Made by a program: the position numbers and the translations under genes | Assembly (NCBI GenBank): GCA_963514005.1 | Contig: OY740813.1 | Span: 24,800,001-24,864,000 of the forward strand | From: Raja brachyura | Taxonomy: Eukaryota | Length of the DNA: 64,000 bases | Direction of reading: 5' to 3' | Notes under the pieces: model-generated | The model's input: the letters and a program-made list of their open reading frames with translations, nothing else | Database searches by the model: none | What the model was told of the DNA's origin: nothing | In this document: piece by piece, positions 27,533-40,779 of the stretch | Position numbering within the stretch: the stretch's first letter is position 1 | Layout: every line of letters begins with the position of its first letter

Positions 27533-27769
27533 CCTTATTTGACCTGGCCTTTACCTGACTCCATACCATTGCAATGCAGTTGACTCTTAACAGCTCTATG
27601 AAATGGCTCCACAGACCACTTGGTTCAGGAGCAGTTAGAGATGGGCTATAAGTACTGGCTTAGCCCATGACACTAAAATTCAGAGATGTACATAAATATA
27701 ATATTTTTATGTAGAAATGGTCGAATGTTTTTCCTGTCTCAACATAATTTCAAGAAAGGATAAGAGAGG

Positions 27770-27862
27770 GTGGACACAAAATGCTGGAGTAACGCAGTGG
27801 GACAGGCAGCATCTCTGGACAGAAGGAATTGGTGATGTTTTGTGTCGAGACCCTTCTTCAGA
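27770..27862. mobile_element. Penelope-like-derived short element (single arm)
   Basis: gacacaaaatgctggagtaacgcagtgggacaggcagcatctctgg...gagacccttcttcaga. Confidence 0.7.
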
Positions 27863-30179
27863 GAGGTTGTTAGCTGAACTCCAGAATGCTGCTACGCAGT
27901 TGGATTAACATTGAATCCTGGTTAATGCCATGATTGGCCTTCAATGTGTATATACATTGAATAGACATTTATGCTGTCAACAATGGCATCAGGTGCCTAT
28001 TGCCCCACCATTAGGCGTGTGTATTGAGGGTGATGTTTTGGAACTCTTAGGCCACCCTGGCACTCATAAAATGGCCGCTAACAATCCCAATTTCTTTCCT
28101 CCATTGTCTTTTGAGTCTGTCACTCTGCACAGAAGTAACTCTGTGACACTGGTTGATGATTTATTTCTTTTTAAATCTGAGAGAGTGTTGGAAGAAATGA
28201 TGTTGGAAAACTAGCTCCTTAAAGGGCAAGTGCTGTCTGATTTACAGCAGTCTCCCCTGGTACAAAATGCGGCATCAATGAGACTATATTGAGGCAGGCA
28301 GTGATGTAATTTAAATTGGTAATTTACTGTAAGTAGTCACAAAAGCTTTTGCCTGAAGAGCATACATGTTTCTTAAGGGTGTAACCAGATTTTAATTATC
28401 TAAATGTAAATACTTAACAAATTTTACTTAGAGTAATGAGCTAAAGTGCACACAGTATAAATGAAATATTCTAATTAATCACACATGAATTGCTGGTTTA
28501 GAGGAGTTGCATGCGTCAGTGATGTTGGGAAAATGCCCAATAGCAAATCACATTTTGCATTCATAAATTTGCTCGTTTAATACAGGTTTATGATATTTGA
28601 CTAGTCATATTCAAAGTAGTCTTTAGTATTTACATGTAGGTGTAGCTCTTTATTTTGCAGTGCCTCTTTTGTTTAGTAATGTTGCACTCATTCCCACTTG
28701 TGTGATCCACAACTGCTCAATCAACACTCAAAATTGGACTTGTTAGGCACTCTTTGACCCATTGGTATCAACAATCGCATATATACAAACCTCTTGATAT
28801 CCTTAGCTGCCCAGTTCATAAAATAATACATTTTTAACTAATATCATGTTAAGTAGGATATATCAGCAGCTAAACACACAGTTTTGCTTTTTTTGCCATG
28901 ACAAGTTATCCAAAAGCAAATATAATGTTGAGCACATATATCACAAAGCCTTGTTTCACTAGCCTGTCACTGTAAGCAGGGTTATAATACTTCACACTTC
29001 CTTTGCCAGTAATACCAGAAAGGCAGGTAATGCATTGTTTTAAGGGAATAGCTGGGTCCAAGATGGACTGGCTGGTGACTAGATTGAAACTATTGCAGAA
29101 TGCTCAAGGTAATTAGATAGTTAAACCAGATAACTCAGCAGTATTTGTAAGCCTGTTTTTAGCCTCTGGCTTACCCTAAACATTACATGAAATGGTTCTG
29201 GTTGGACTACACTAAAATGCTCCCTTTGGGTAAATGGCTTGTTTCCTTGCTGGGTAACCTCAACAAGTTAAATCAAAAGCAAAATGTTGCAAACGTTACA
29301 TTAGTGGGAGTAGCTTTACATACATTTCAGGCCAAGTTACCAAACTCTAGCTGTTGATAACCTTCCGATGAAGGAAAAACTAAAAGTCGCACTCTGGACA
29401 AATAACATATGTATCCATGTGGATTTCTCAGTTGATTAGCTGGAAGAATGGTGAGGAGGATTTGTCCATGCCGGAAACCTAGCAATCTCAGAGAGGTTTG
29501 GAATTAGACGTGAAATTAGACAAGTGGTTGGCCTACAGTTGCTCATTTTGAGCCCTCGTTGAAGTTCAGCAACTCTCCTTGCTCTATTCTAAGTGTAAGA
29601 ATACTCAGGAAAAGCCCTATTTATAAAAGTATATTGTTCTTTCTCTCATGCGGGTGAAACTGTTGCATGTTGGTTAGAGGGAATTTACAGACATGTTATT
29701 AGAGAGAGCTGATGAATGTAGTTACTGTAAATCAGGTGTTGGAATGGAGCTTATACCATTAGATAGCAGGGGCTCATGGAGCCAAATTTCCCCACTAACC
29801 TTTACTGCAGGGTGCAATGAAATACCTTCAGCACCCGGTGCATCTGGAAATTATTACTGCTTTGCTTGAGTGAATTCTCTAACTTTTATTAGAATCGTGA
29901 CCACTGAATTTGAAATTTAGTACCCCGACAAACACTTGTGTCCTTGAGCTACTATAACCTCCAACTACAGCACATGTATATTATATGTTCCTTGTCGTGT
30001 ATTTTTGTGATAATGTACAAATTTGGTTCTGTCCTTTTTTGGTCCGCACAGACAAAGCCTTCAGGGTGTTATCCCATTCACAGTATTACTGTGATATCAG
30101 ATGAATTAGAAAAAAATATATTGGTTACATCAGCGATGTTTCTTTTTTTCTTTTTTGCATCTTTTTACTTGAATTTTCA

Positions 30180-30645
30180 GATCAATCAATCAATCAATTT
30201 ATTCATCACATACACAATAAAGTGCAGTGAAATGAATTTTGCCAGCAGCGGTACAATAAAAAGAAGACACAATACACAATAAAAATGTAACACAAACATC
30301 CACCACAGCATTCTTCACTGTGGTGGAAGGCACAAAGTACAGTTAGCCCTCCTCCATTGCTGCACCCGCTGCTGAAACTCCGGGCCCGACTCCAGGAAAG
30401 GCCGCACCAATCCATGGTGTTAGGCCACGAGGGAGGCGACATGGAAAAAGTTGGCTTTCCGTGGAGGAGGCGACCAAAAGCAGTTCCCCCCTTATTTCCC
30501 CCCCCCCCCCCCCACCACCCCCCACACAAGACACACCAGGAGACATTAAAACACACATTTGGACACACTAAAAAAAACAAAAAAGTAGAATTGATGAACA
30601 CGCTGCTGGCAGGGCAGCCGTCTTGCAGCGCCCGCAGATGCCATT
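30180..30645 (-). mobile_element. Non-autonomous retroelement (same family as 2575-3305) with (TTGA)n tail
   Basis: Reverse complement ends ...tgtgtatgtgatgAATAAAttgattgattgattgat and shares its GC-rich body with 2575-2800. Confidence 0.7.
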
Positions 30646-31212
30646 GTCTACAAATTACCAACACAAAGATTCTGCTAAAATGAACCATGATATAGGAGTA
30701 AAAAGATACTGCAGCGTAAAAGACTTTACTTTTGACTAATGTTACGAATGGCTGTTGTGAATTATTTTTGGGTCTGAACCAGGAAATCATTGCCTAAAAT
30801 TTGAAGCAGCAAAAAGGTGGACTTGTCTAATTTGTATTAAGCAATTTAACAAAGGAAATTTAGCATGAAAAATTAACAAGTTATGAATTGAGCAACCCTG
30901 TTTAAGCAAAGGGAGTCTTGGAGCACAAAATTAAGAACAATTAAAGTATGATCTTGAGGCTTGGAAAACAGGAATTTTTAATGCTGTCGCAAAATAATCC
31001 TACCCTTTTCCCATTGCAGGGATTAGATCTCAACAGCTGAAATGTAACCTTGGTCAATAATAATAGAGTATATGCATAGGACCAGCATCATGTGTGTTGC
31101 TTTGGGAATTTATTTCCATGGATTTCAGAGACAGGATGCAATGCACAGTTAACGTTACTAGTAGGAATACACTTCTGGGTATCAGCCTTATTTTAAATTG
31201 CATTGTACATAG

Positions 31213-31629
<417 letters not shown>

Positions 31630-31649
31630 TGAATTGTAGCCTAATATTT

Positions 31650-31823
31650 GCTATATTTAAGAGGGCGTTAGATGTGGCACTTGTGGCTAAAGGGATCAGG
31701 GGGTATGGAGAGAAGGCAGGTACGGGATACTGAGTTGGATGATCAGCCATGATCACATTGAATGGCGGTGCAGGCTCGAAGGGCCGAATGGCCTACTCCT
31801 GCACCTATTTTTCTATGTTTCTA
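31650..31823 (+). mobile_element. Young 5'-truncated CR1 3' UTR
   Basis: ggatcagggggtatggagagaaggcagg...gaatggcggtgcaggctcgaagggccgaatggcctactcctgcacctatttttctatgtttcta, with CpGs retained. Confidence 0.85.
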
Positions 31824-32509
31824 TTATAACACGGCACATTGTCCTTATGTTGGTGTGAAGATGCTTCCTGATCTGCTGAGCCCAAAACTTTATTAACATT
31901 CATTGAATGGACATGTGCCACTGCAGATTTATGCCAATACTTCCAAGCGTGCACACTGCTGAAAACTCATGTTATTTGCAAATACACAAACCTTCAAGAT
32001 TGTGATTAGAGTCAATCTGTCCAGAACTGGGTCCCAAATAGTGCAGCATATGCTGTAAATCAGAAAGCAGAAACCACCAAATGTGAAAATGGCTTGGAAG
32101 AGCTGATCAACCATACTTTAATGCAATTTGATGAGATTTTGGCTGCTAATTTCATAAAAGCATCCTTAGAGTATAATTATACTTAACAAAATATTTAAAG
32201 CATGCATCTTTATTTCCATAATTAATACATGACATCAAGTGGTTTTGTTAGAAAATTGCTAATTATAAATGTATTCCAATTTTAAGAGGAATTTAAACTT
32301 CTTTTACCTGGATCATTTATGAAAATGTACTTATTTCCGCATGGAAAGAGGTCCTTTTGCCTTCTTGAGTCAGTATGACTGTCAAAAACACATCCATACT
32401 AACCTACACCAATACCATTTTAATCTCCCCACATTGCCTTTAACTTCAGTCTGGAATAGCCAATTAAGCAACCATCTATTTTCTTAGGGGGGGTAAGAGG
32501 GCATTCTGG

Positions 32510-32900
32510 ATGCAAAGGTAGTTAACAAGTCATTTAAGATACTTTCCTTCATTGGCTGGGACATAAAATACAGAAGCTGGGAGTTTATGTTACAATTATA
32601 TAAAACATAATTTAGACCTCAGCTGGAATACCACGCGTGGTTCTAGTAGCCACAGTACAGGTCGACAGTGGTTGCACTGGAGAGGATGCACAGGAGATTT
32701 ACTAGGATGGAGGATTTTTCAATGCAGAGGATGGTTGCAGCCTGGAACAATTGTCTAAAAGGGGGGTGGAAACATGTACACTTAAGGCATAGAAGGCTAT
32801 GGCAAAGTGCTGGAAAATGGGATTTGTATAGATGGGTACGAGGCTCAGTATGGACTTGGTGGGCCAAAGGGGCAGTTTCTGTGTTGTATTACTCTATAAC
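32510..32900 (+). mobile_element. Old CR1-like fragment with internal deletions
   Basis: VALERMHRRFTRM-like peptide and tail gggccaaaggg.c.gtttctgtgttgtattactctat. Confidence 0.65.
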
Positions 32901-33034
32901 TGAGAAACCTTTGACTGATATTTCAGCAAATGGGATATCGATGGGGAACCGCTTTGCAGATTCTTTTCCTGATTTGCTGCCAATGTTTTTGACCAGCACG
33001 AGTGTACATGAAGTAGTAACAATGTGCAGCAGAT

Positions 33035-33875
33035 TGGCACGGCTGGTAGAGTTGCTGCCCCACCGTGCCAGAGACCCACCTCACAGCAATCACCTCACTT
33101 AAATGCGCACGTCAGGTGCTGTCTGTGTGGAGTTTGCAAGTTCTCCCTGAAACCATGCGTGTATACTCCCACATCTCAAAGATCTGTAAATTTAGATATT
33201 AATTGACCTGTGTAAATTACCAAATTACCAAACACATCAACATCAGCGTTTTGGAGGAAGCCAACATGGCCAGCTTCACCACCACAATAATGCAGCACCA
33301 ACTTCGATGGACTGGCCATGTCATCCGCATGTCCAACATACGTCTCCCTAAACAAATCCTACACTCTCCATTGAAGGAAGGTCGGCGAGCCTCCGGCGGG
33401 CCAAAGAAACGCTTCAAGGACAACATCAAAAACAGTCTGAAGAAATTCCACATCACATCGAGCAATTGGGAGCACATTGCACTGGATAGGCGCTCCTGGA
33501 GGAAATCCGTGCAGGAAGGAGCTGCACTTCACGAAATGGAACTACGCCATGTCACAGAGACAAAGCGACAGCACCATAAAGAGGGAGAGAAGGGGGCTCG
33601 ACGACTACCAACCACCGCCAGTCTCCACTCCCCACGTTGCACCAAGGTGTGTGGATCGAGGATCGGCCTCTACAGACATCTCTAGACGACACTATGGAGA
33701 GGACAGTCTCTCGTTTCAAGTGACCGCCGATGATGATGTTATTGAGTGATAGAATCTGGAGAGAATTGATAGGAATGTAGGATTAACGCAGGATTAGTGC
33801 AAATGGGTGATTGATGGCTAGTGTGGACTCAGTGAGCCAAAGGGGCTTTTTTCATGCTGCATCTCTCCATGACAC
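33035..33875 (+). mobile_element. tRNA-derived SINE split by an RTE insertion
   Basis: Head ggcacggctggtagagttgctgcc at about 33036-33220; tail gggtgattgatgg..ggactcagtgagccaaaggg at about 33745-33875. Confidence 0.65.
33225..33738 (+). mobile_element. RTE-clade (BovB-like) LINE 3' fragment
   Basis: QLRWTGHVIRMSNIRLPKQIL...GRRASGGPKKRFKD...WEHIALDRRSWR...RCTKVCGSRIGLYRHL (RTE C-terminus with degenerate zinc finger), then a short UTR and gatgatgatg tail. Confidence 0.9.
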
Positions 33876-35367
33876 TTAGGCATTTTTAAACTCAGTCCAC
33901 TCTTTGGGAAATGTAATGGAATTTTATGCAGCACTATTATACAACATGTCCATTGAAGTCCCTGAATCCTGTGGCTTTCCTTCCTATCAAGTTGATAAAA
34001 CTGCACTCCATATATCTATCTTCCATCATTATTATTCCTTTAATACTCTCAGAAAATTGTGTCTAATACTATGCAGTAGAATTTAGTTTAAGATGCTGTT
34101 CTGAAAAGTTTATTTCTCAAGAGATTTTGTATTTTTTACCCATTTTCTTGAGTGGCTCCTATTTTTCCTTTCCTCCAATTTTATAAATATCAGTGGAGTT
34201 TACAAAAGATAGAAAAGAGGACAAGCAAACAAAGCAATGGAGGGTGAGGGGGTCGGTAGATCGGGGAATAGAAACAGTGAACAGAATTAGCCTGGACCAT
34301 AAACATCTCATGCTCCGACTAACCTACTCGGTTGCTTTGTTTGCTTGTCTCCCCCTTCTCCTCCCCCCCCCCCCCCCCCCCACCCCCCAATGCATTATTT
34401 GCTTGTCCTCTTTTCTATCTTTAGCAAAATCCAGAGCAAATGACTCGCTCTGAAATTGTCCTCCAAGCCACACAGCGACCTTCAAGAAAGATGTTCCAGG
34501 CATCATTTCAGAGGTCCTGCATCCTCAATCACTCGTGTTCAGTTGGACAGTAAAGCAACTCATTGCAATGGGCAGCATCATTCTATAGGCCAATCCTCCA
34601 TCATTTTACTGTGCACAGAAATCAACAATTTAAAAAAATAGCCCCAATCAGTAGCTTCTGAATTAAGGAAGCTTGAATAAGCATGACGTCTGACTCGCGA
34701 AGAGAAGTTACGTCTTCACTATGAAGCAGTAAGATGCTATTCAGCCCCATGAGTCAGCAGAGCAATCCCACCAGTCCCAATCCTGTGTCCTGTGTACCCT
34801 GCAATTTATTCTCTTTTTTAACACCATCAACTCTTCTTCAGCTCTTTCTACCACTTAATTGCACCATCAGGTAATTTTTGCAGCAGCCAAATTAACCCAT
34901 ATCTTTCGGATGACGAATCCCATGCAGTTGATAGGGAGAATGTGCACACTGTGGTGATCAAAGGATTCTTCCAAAATATTAGAAATCTACTGGTATAGAC
35001 AACACTTAAGGTCAGGACTGGGGCTGCGAGGCAGCAGTGCTAACTGCCGTCCATGACACAGCATCTATGCTGCCCTTACCTTAGTTATCACCATATGCCC
35101 TGACACATAAAATAACAAACATAGTTCTGCTTATTATAACCATTACTGTTCTTACACTGCAAGTAAATCTTAACACAGTTAACCGCTCCAACTACTACTT
35201 CCAACACTATGATGAGAGGGCTTGCCTCTTACTTCTCTTACCTCTAGTCTACAAATAATTATTTGTGATGGGTGATGGCTTCTTTTTGCTCTATTCTCAC
35301 CCCACCCCCAACCCCCACCCCTGACCCCCAACCTTTCCACCACAATTATTTAGTCTTAACCTTTGGT

Positions 35368-35570
35368 GACACAAGGGATGCAAATGCTGGAATCTTGAGC
35401 AAAATACAAATTTCTGGAGTAATTCAGTAGGTCAGCATCTGTGGAGAGAATAGTTTGGTGACATTTCAGGTTGGGACTCTTCCTAAATCAGTCAACCTTC
35501 ATCAGAAGAAAGGTTCCAACCCGAACATCTCTTATCTATTCCCTTCACAGATGTTGCCTGATCTGCTAAG
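35368..35570. mobile_element. Diverged palindromic Penelope-like-derived element
   Basis: atgctggaatcttgagcaaaa...ggtgacatttcaggttgggactcttc and a partial inverted arm. Confidence 0.6.
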
Positions 35571-35594
35571 TTTGATAAGGTCCCACATTGGAGA

Positions 35595-36989
35595 TGCCTT
35601 TGATTGGGTCCCACATAGGAGATTAGTGGGCAAAATTAGAATACATGGTCTTGAGGGTAGGTTACTGACATGGATAGAAAATTGGTTGTCAGACAGGAAA
35701 CAAAGAGTAGAGATTAACGGGTCCCTTTAGAATTGATTGAATTTCCTTTATTGTCATTCAAGCAAGTTGGAACAACATTTTGTACCAAGCAGTCATGACA
35801 GCAAAAAGCAACAAAACACACAATTAACACAATTTAGCACAAACATCCATCGCAGTGAATCTCCAGGCACCTCCTCACTGTGATGGAAAGCAAAAAGTCT
35901 TATGTCTTCCCTGCTTCTTCTCTCACGGCCAGGCAGTCAAGCTGCTGTATCAAGGCTCAATGTTGAAACCCCCGCCGGGCAGTGGCAGGAGGTGACTAGT
36001 AGGGTACCAAAAGGCTAGGTGCTGGGACCGCAGTTATTTACAATATACATTAAAGATTTAGATGAAGGGATTAAAAGTAAAGTGCAGATAACACAAAGCT
36101 GGGTGGCAGTGAGGAGGATTCTATGAGGATGCAGGGTGACTTAGACAGGTTGGGTGAGTGGGCAGATACATGGCAGATGCAGGTTAATGTGGATAAATGT
36201 GAGGTTATCCACTTTGGTGGCAAGAACAGGAAGGCAGATTATTATCTGAATGGTGTCAAATTGGGAAAAGGGGAAGTACAATGAGATCTGGGTGTCCTTG
36301 TTCACCAGTCACTGAAAGTAAACATGCAGGTAAAGCAGGCAGTAAAGAAAGCTAATGGCATGTTGGCCTTCATAACAAGAGGAGGTGAGTATAGGAGCAA
36401 AGAGGTCCATCTGCAGTTGTTCAGGACCCTAGTGAGACCACACCTGGAGTATTGTGTGTATTTTTGGTCTCCAAATTTGAGGAAGGACATTCTTGCAGTT
36501 GAGGGAGTGCAGCTTAGGTTCACGAGGTTAATTCCCGGGATGGCGGGACTCTCATATGGTGATAGAATGGAACGACTGGGCTTGTATACACTGGAATTTA
36601 GAAGGATGAGAGGGGGTCTTATTGAAACATATAAAATAATATAGGATTTGGACACACTAGAGGCAGGAAACATGTCCCCGATGTTGGGGGGAGTCCAGAA
36701 CCAGGGGCCACAGTTTAAGAATAAGGGGTAGGCCATTTAGAACGGAAATGAGGAAAAACTTTTTCACCCAGAGAGTTGTAAATGTGTGGAATTCTCTGCC
36801 TCAGAAGGCAGTGGAGGCCAATCCTCTGTATGCTTTGAAGAGAGAATTAGACTGAGCTCTTAAAGATAGCAGAGTCAAGAGATATGGGGAGGAGGTAGGA
36901 ACGGGGTACTGATTGTGGATGATCACACTGAATGGCGGTGCTGGCTCGAAGGTCCAAATGGCCTACTCCTGCACCTATTGTCTATTGTT
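35595..36989 (+). mobile_element. CR1-like LINE ORF2 (RT) 3' portion, interrupted at about 35733-35982 by a minus-strand retroelement tail
   Basis: AFDWVPHRRLVGKI..LTWIENWLSDRKQRVEING, then GVP.G.VLGP.LF, D.TKLGG and KKANGMLAFI..RPHLEYCVYFWSP; stops and frameshifts present. Confidence 0.92.
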
Positions 36990-37044
36990 ACTCCAACACT
37001 TTGTGTTTTCAGTCTTAACCTTTCCTATTTTTCATTTGTATGTT

Positions 37045-37330
37045 GCCAATCGGCATCATGTGCTGGTGACACCCAGCTTTATTTCTTCACCCTCCATCTT
37101 GACCGTTTCATTTTCCGGTGCCATCAGATTGCTCGTTTGATATCTAGCCTTCTGAACCACAATTTCCTCCAGTTAACTCTTCCAAAAAAAATCTTCTACC
37201 ACATTCACAAATTCTCTTCTCTCACTGTCGATTCCATTCCACTCCCTCGGGCTAAGCAGCCTGTTTCCAATTTTGTGTTCTGTTTGACACTGAAGTGGGA
37301 GCCTGTTGGAAGAGATTCTTGTATAACTTG
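37045..37330 (+). mobile_element. Highly decayed L2-like LINE RT remnant
   Basis: CAGDTQLYFF resembles the YADDTQLY motif, followed by NHNFLQL. Confidence 0.45.
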
Positions 37331-39854
37331 ATGGAAACATGTCATACTAGGCAAGGGCAGCACCACTATTGTCAACATAGAGGCTTTGGAGGTGGAATAG
37401 TGTGCATCAAAGACTATAGAGAGATTATGAAATCTCAGGAAGGATCGTGCACTAAAATGAACAAACATGTATGTTAAAATCTCTTCAGAGCTTCCTGGGG
37501 TGGCCTCTGCAGCAAAGTACATAAGAAGTGGCAGTTTCTTATCCTGTATCCACATCTGTGATACCATGGTGGATTGATCCCACAACAGCCATTGAGAGAG
37601 TGGTAAGGAAAACTCTGAAGGGGAAATTTGGTCACAAGCTGAGTATTGTGACAACATAGCCAATTTGTCACAATACTCAGCTTGTAGAACATTCAGAACT
37701 CTGCTGCCTTTGAGAGTTAATGCAAACTAAATCAGTCTCCAAGTCGCCATCCTGTGCTAACTGATCTTAAATTAGTCCTTGTTTTTAAACTCGCACCCTT
37801 ATTTTCAAATCACAGTGTAATCTTACCTCTGCGTCTGAGCGCAACCTCCTCTTTACTCTCTTTTGAGCTAAATGCAGGCTTCTACTTCTTTCTTGATCAT
37901 TTTCAAAGTAATGTGATTGCCCGATGATAGCATCAGTTGCCAAGAACATGAACCCCAGAATTTCCTTCCCCAAGCCCTTCTTCTATACTTCCCTCTATTC
38001 CTCTAAAATCAGCACATGTGTCTTTGACTAGCATTTTGATCATCTGCTGTAACACCTTCTGAAGTGTGTTCATAGCTTCAATGTATATTCACTTATATAA
38101 CGTGCCTTGGGATACTTGGCTGTATTAAAGAAACTATGTAACTGGAAATTGTTGATGATGCTGGGCTGAAGTTGGGCACAGGGCATGCAAGGACAGAATT
38201 GTGGTTCCGGTTCTATAACTGGCTCATCATCATTCAGTTGCACGAGATCCATTCCAGTTTATCATTGCTCTTGCAGGTGAGAGTTTTTTCCCTTGGATAG
38301 TCCTAATTTTCTGATCCGACCGTTCTGAATTGTTCATTTGAATGATTTTGCCGTGTTCGTGCTGTCTTGCGTGGTACTATTTTTCTCAGCCAGTACATTG
38401 ACAAACAATGAATTGTTCCATTAGCCTGTCAGCAACCCTTTGCAGGCTGCTAGAAATTACATCCATGTGACCTTGGCACTCCCCACTGTAGTATTGTATT
38501 CTGGGGTGACTGGGAGGACATTTTTGGCTTCATCACCTCTGAAGAAATATTCTCTTCAAAATGTAACAACTGCAAAGGATTGTCATGGAATTTCAGCAAC
38601 TCAATATTGTACTGTATTTTTACCAATTAAAATTACTTTTAAACATAGAGAAAGTGAAGGGTGTGAAGAAACTGAGTACTATTTTAGGCAAAGTCAGGAT
38701 CCTTACCCATGAAATGTCATTAATTTCACTTTTGGGTTTTGTGAGTGTAAAACTCTACTGATTTGCGCATCCCTGGAAATTGTGTAGTGATTTAAAATGT
38801 TAATCTTGGATGAGCTTGTTTCATTGTAATTTGTTCCTTCAAGCTTTGCGGATCTTAGTAAATTCTAACAATTTAGATGCTGAACATCATGAAGTGTAGT
38901 TCTAATTATCTCTCAAAAGGGTAAGAAAAAATTGATAGTTGCCACATGCTCTTGAATAAGCTGAATGTGCAATCTGGCTGTTCTGCAGTGGCCCAATGTT
39001 CAGCAAGAGAAATGAGCACATTTCAGACATCAGCTATGTGACCTGATCACTCAAAAGAATGATAGTAAAACAGCACATTTTACAAGAAATGTATAAAAGT
39101 TGAAGTCTTTTTACATTATGCTTACCCTTAAAAAACATGTTGTGTTTATATTACCTCGGTGGTGAACTTGATTAAAATTGATATTTTAGGGTGCATGCAT
39201 TAGAATTGCAGTGTGCTGCTAAAATAGTTTATAAAAAGTCTCCCGTGGGAGTCCTTGGCTCTCAAGGGTACCTTGTAAAGCTACCTGGAGTTAATTTAAG
39301 TGTTCACAGAGTGCAGACACCACTATCCATACTCTCTAAACATTTAAATGTTAACTCCGAGGAGAGGAGCTCTGTGCAGGCGTGTAACCAAGCATACACC
39401 AAGCTCTCTCCTGGGTAGGGGAATTGGAGTTCCAGTCAAGCAGTGTAAATAGGAACTGATACTAAAGCCAACAATCTGAGACCGAGCGCCAGCATAAATG
39501 CAGTATTAAGCTCTAAACTGCAATTTCTGAAACTAGCTCTACATAGTACATAATTACAGCAGTACAATATAAAGGCACTATTACCCATACTACAGATTAA
39601 CCATTCTATTAAAGGATTTAATCAAAATATATTTATTATAACAATTGTTTCATTTACATGTTCTTTGGAATTTTATTTCTGAACTGCTTTAGTCAGTTTA
39701 GATGAGTTTCCGATGCATAGGAATTAGAGAGCATTTAGTTTGGATGCGAGCCCCGTTAATGTTTGCGCAGTTTAGTTTGAACGTATATATCAAAACTATT
39801 TGCTTGAAGAAAGGAGAGATAGAATAATACTAAATCACTGTCCAACTAAAATGT

Positions 39855-40035
39855 GAACAACATGCTGAAGTAACTCAGCGGGTCAGGCAGCATCTCTGGA
39901 GAACATCGGGTAGCGACCCTTCTTAGACTCGAAATGTCACCTATCCATGTTCTCCAGAGATGCTGCCTGACCCGCTGAGTTACTCCAGCACTTTGTGCCT
40001 TCTTTTGTAAACCAGCATGTGCAGTTCTTTGTTTC
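39855..40035. mobile_element. Palindromic Penelope-like-derived short element
   Basis: gtaactcagcgggtcaggcagcatctctggagaacat / atgttctccagagatgctgcctgacccgctgagttac. Confidence 0.75.
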
Positions 40036-40779
40036 TAAAATATTCCCAATTTTCAGGGCTAATAGGGTTGTGCCGTCTTGTCAGAGAATTTTACTCAACG
40101 GAATGTATTTTGGGGGCAGTGCAGAGTGCAGGCACCACCATGTGGTACGTTTAGCACTCCTGATCAGGGATTGAACTTGTTTCCCTGCAGACCTGGCACT
40201 TGAGAAGGGCCAAGGGTTGCACTTGACCAACAAAAGTGACTTGAGGATATATTTTCTGCTTTCCTAGCGGACAACATTTCCATTTGGGCTTTATATTAAT
40301 AGGTTTTATATGAATAAAGGGATACTATTTTAAATATTACAACCCTCTGAAGCTTATGAATTATAATCCTGTTGTTTCCATCTTAAAGGAGCTCTGTGTG
40401 TTGCACAGTGGTGATGAACAGATAAGGAATGTGTGACATCCAGATGAGCAGAGACAACTGCATGAGATAAGGACAGATCCAAGTAATAGTAAACCTCTCT
40501 GATCATGTAAAAGCCATAGATTAACATTTATTTTTAAATCCATGAGCATCAAATGCATCAGTGCAAGCACAGGTTGTCTAAATAAACAAATAAATGAACA
40601 GCACAGTTTTCATGCCCTGAGGACAAGCAAAAGTGGAAATGTCAAACACTAGCGGTCAAAGCTTGAAGCTGAGAGGTAGAAAGTTTAATGGAGTCTTATG
40701 AAGCAAGCTTTCTACACAGAAATTAGCTGGTGTTTGAAATATGCTGCCAGAGAAGGTGATAGAAGCAGATACAATAGCG

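Noticed and set aside
30206-30790. 194-aa minus-strand ORF and overlapping ORFs
   Set aside because: They lie in a GC-rich non-autonomous repeat, have low complexity and show no recognisable domain.
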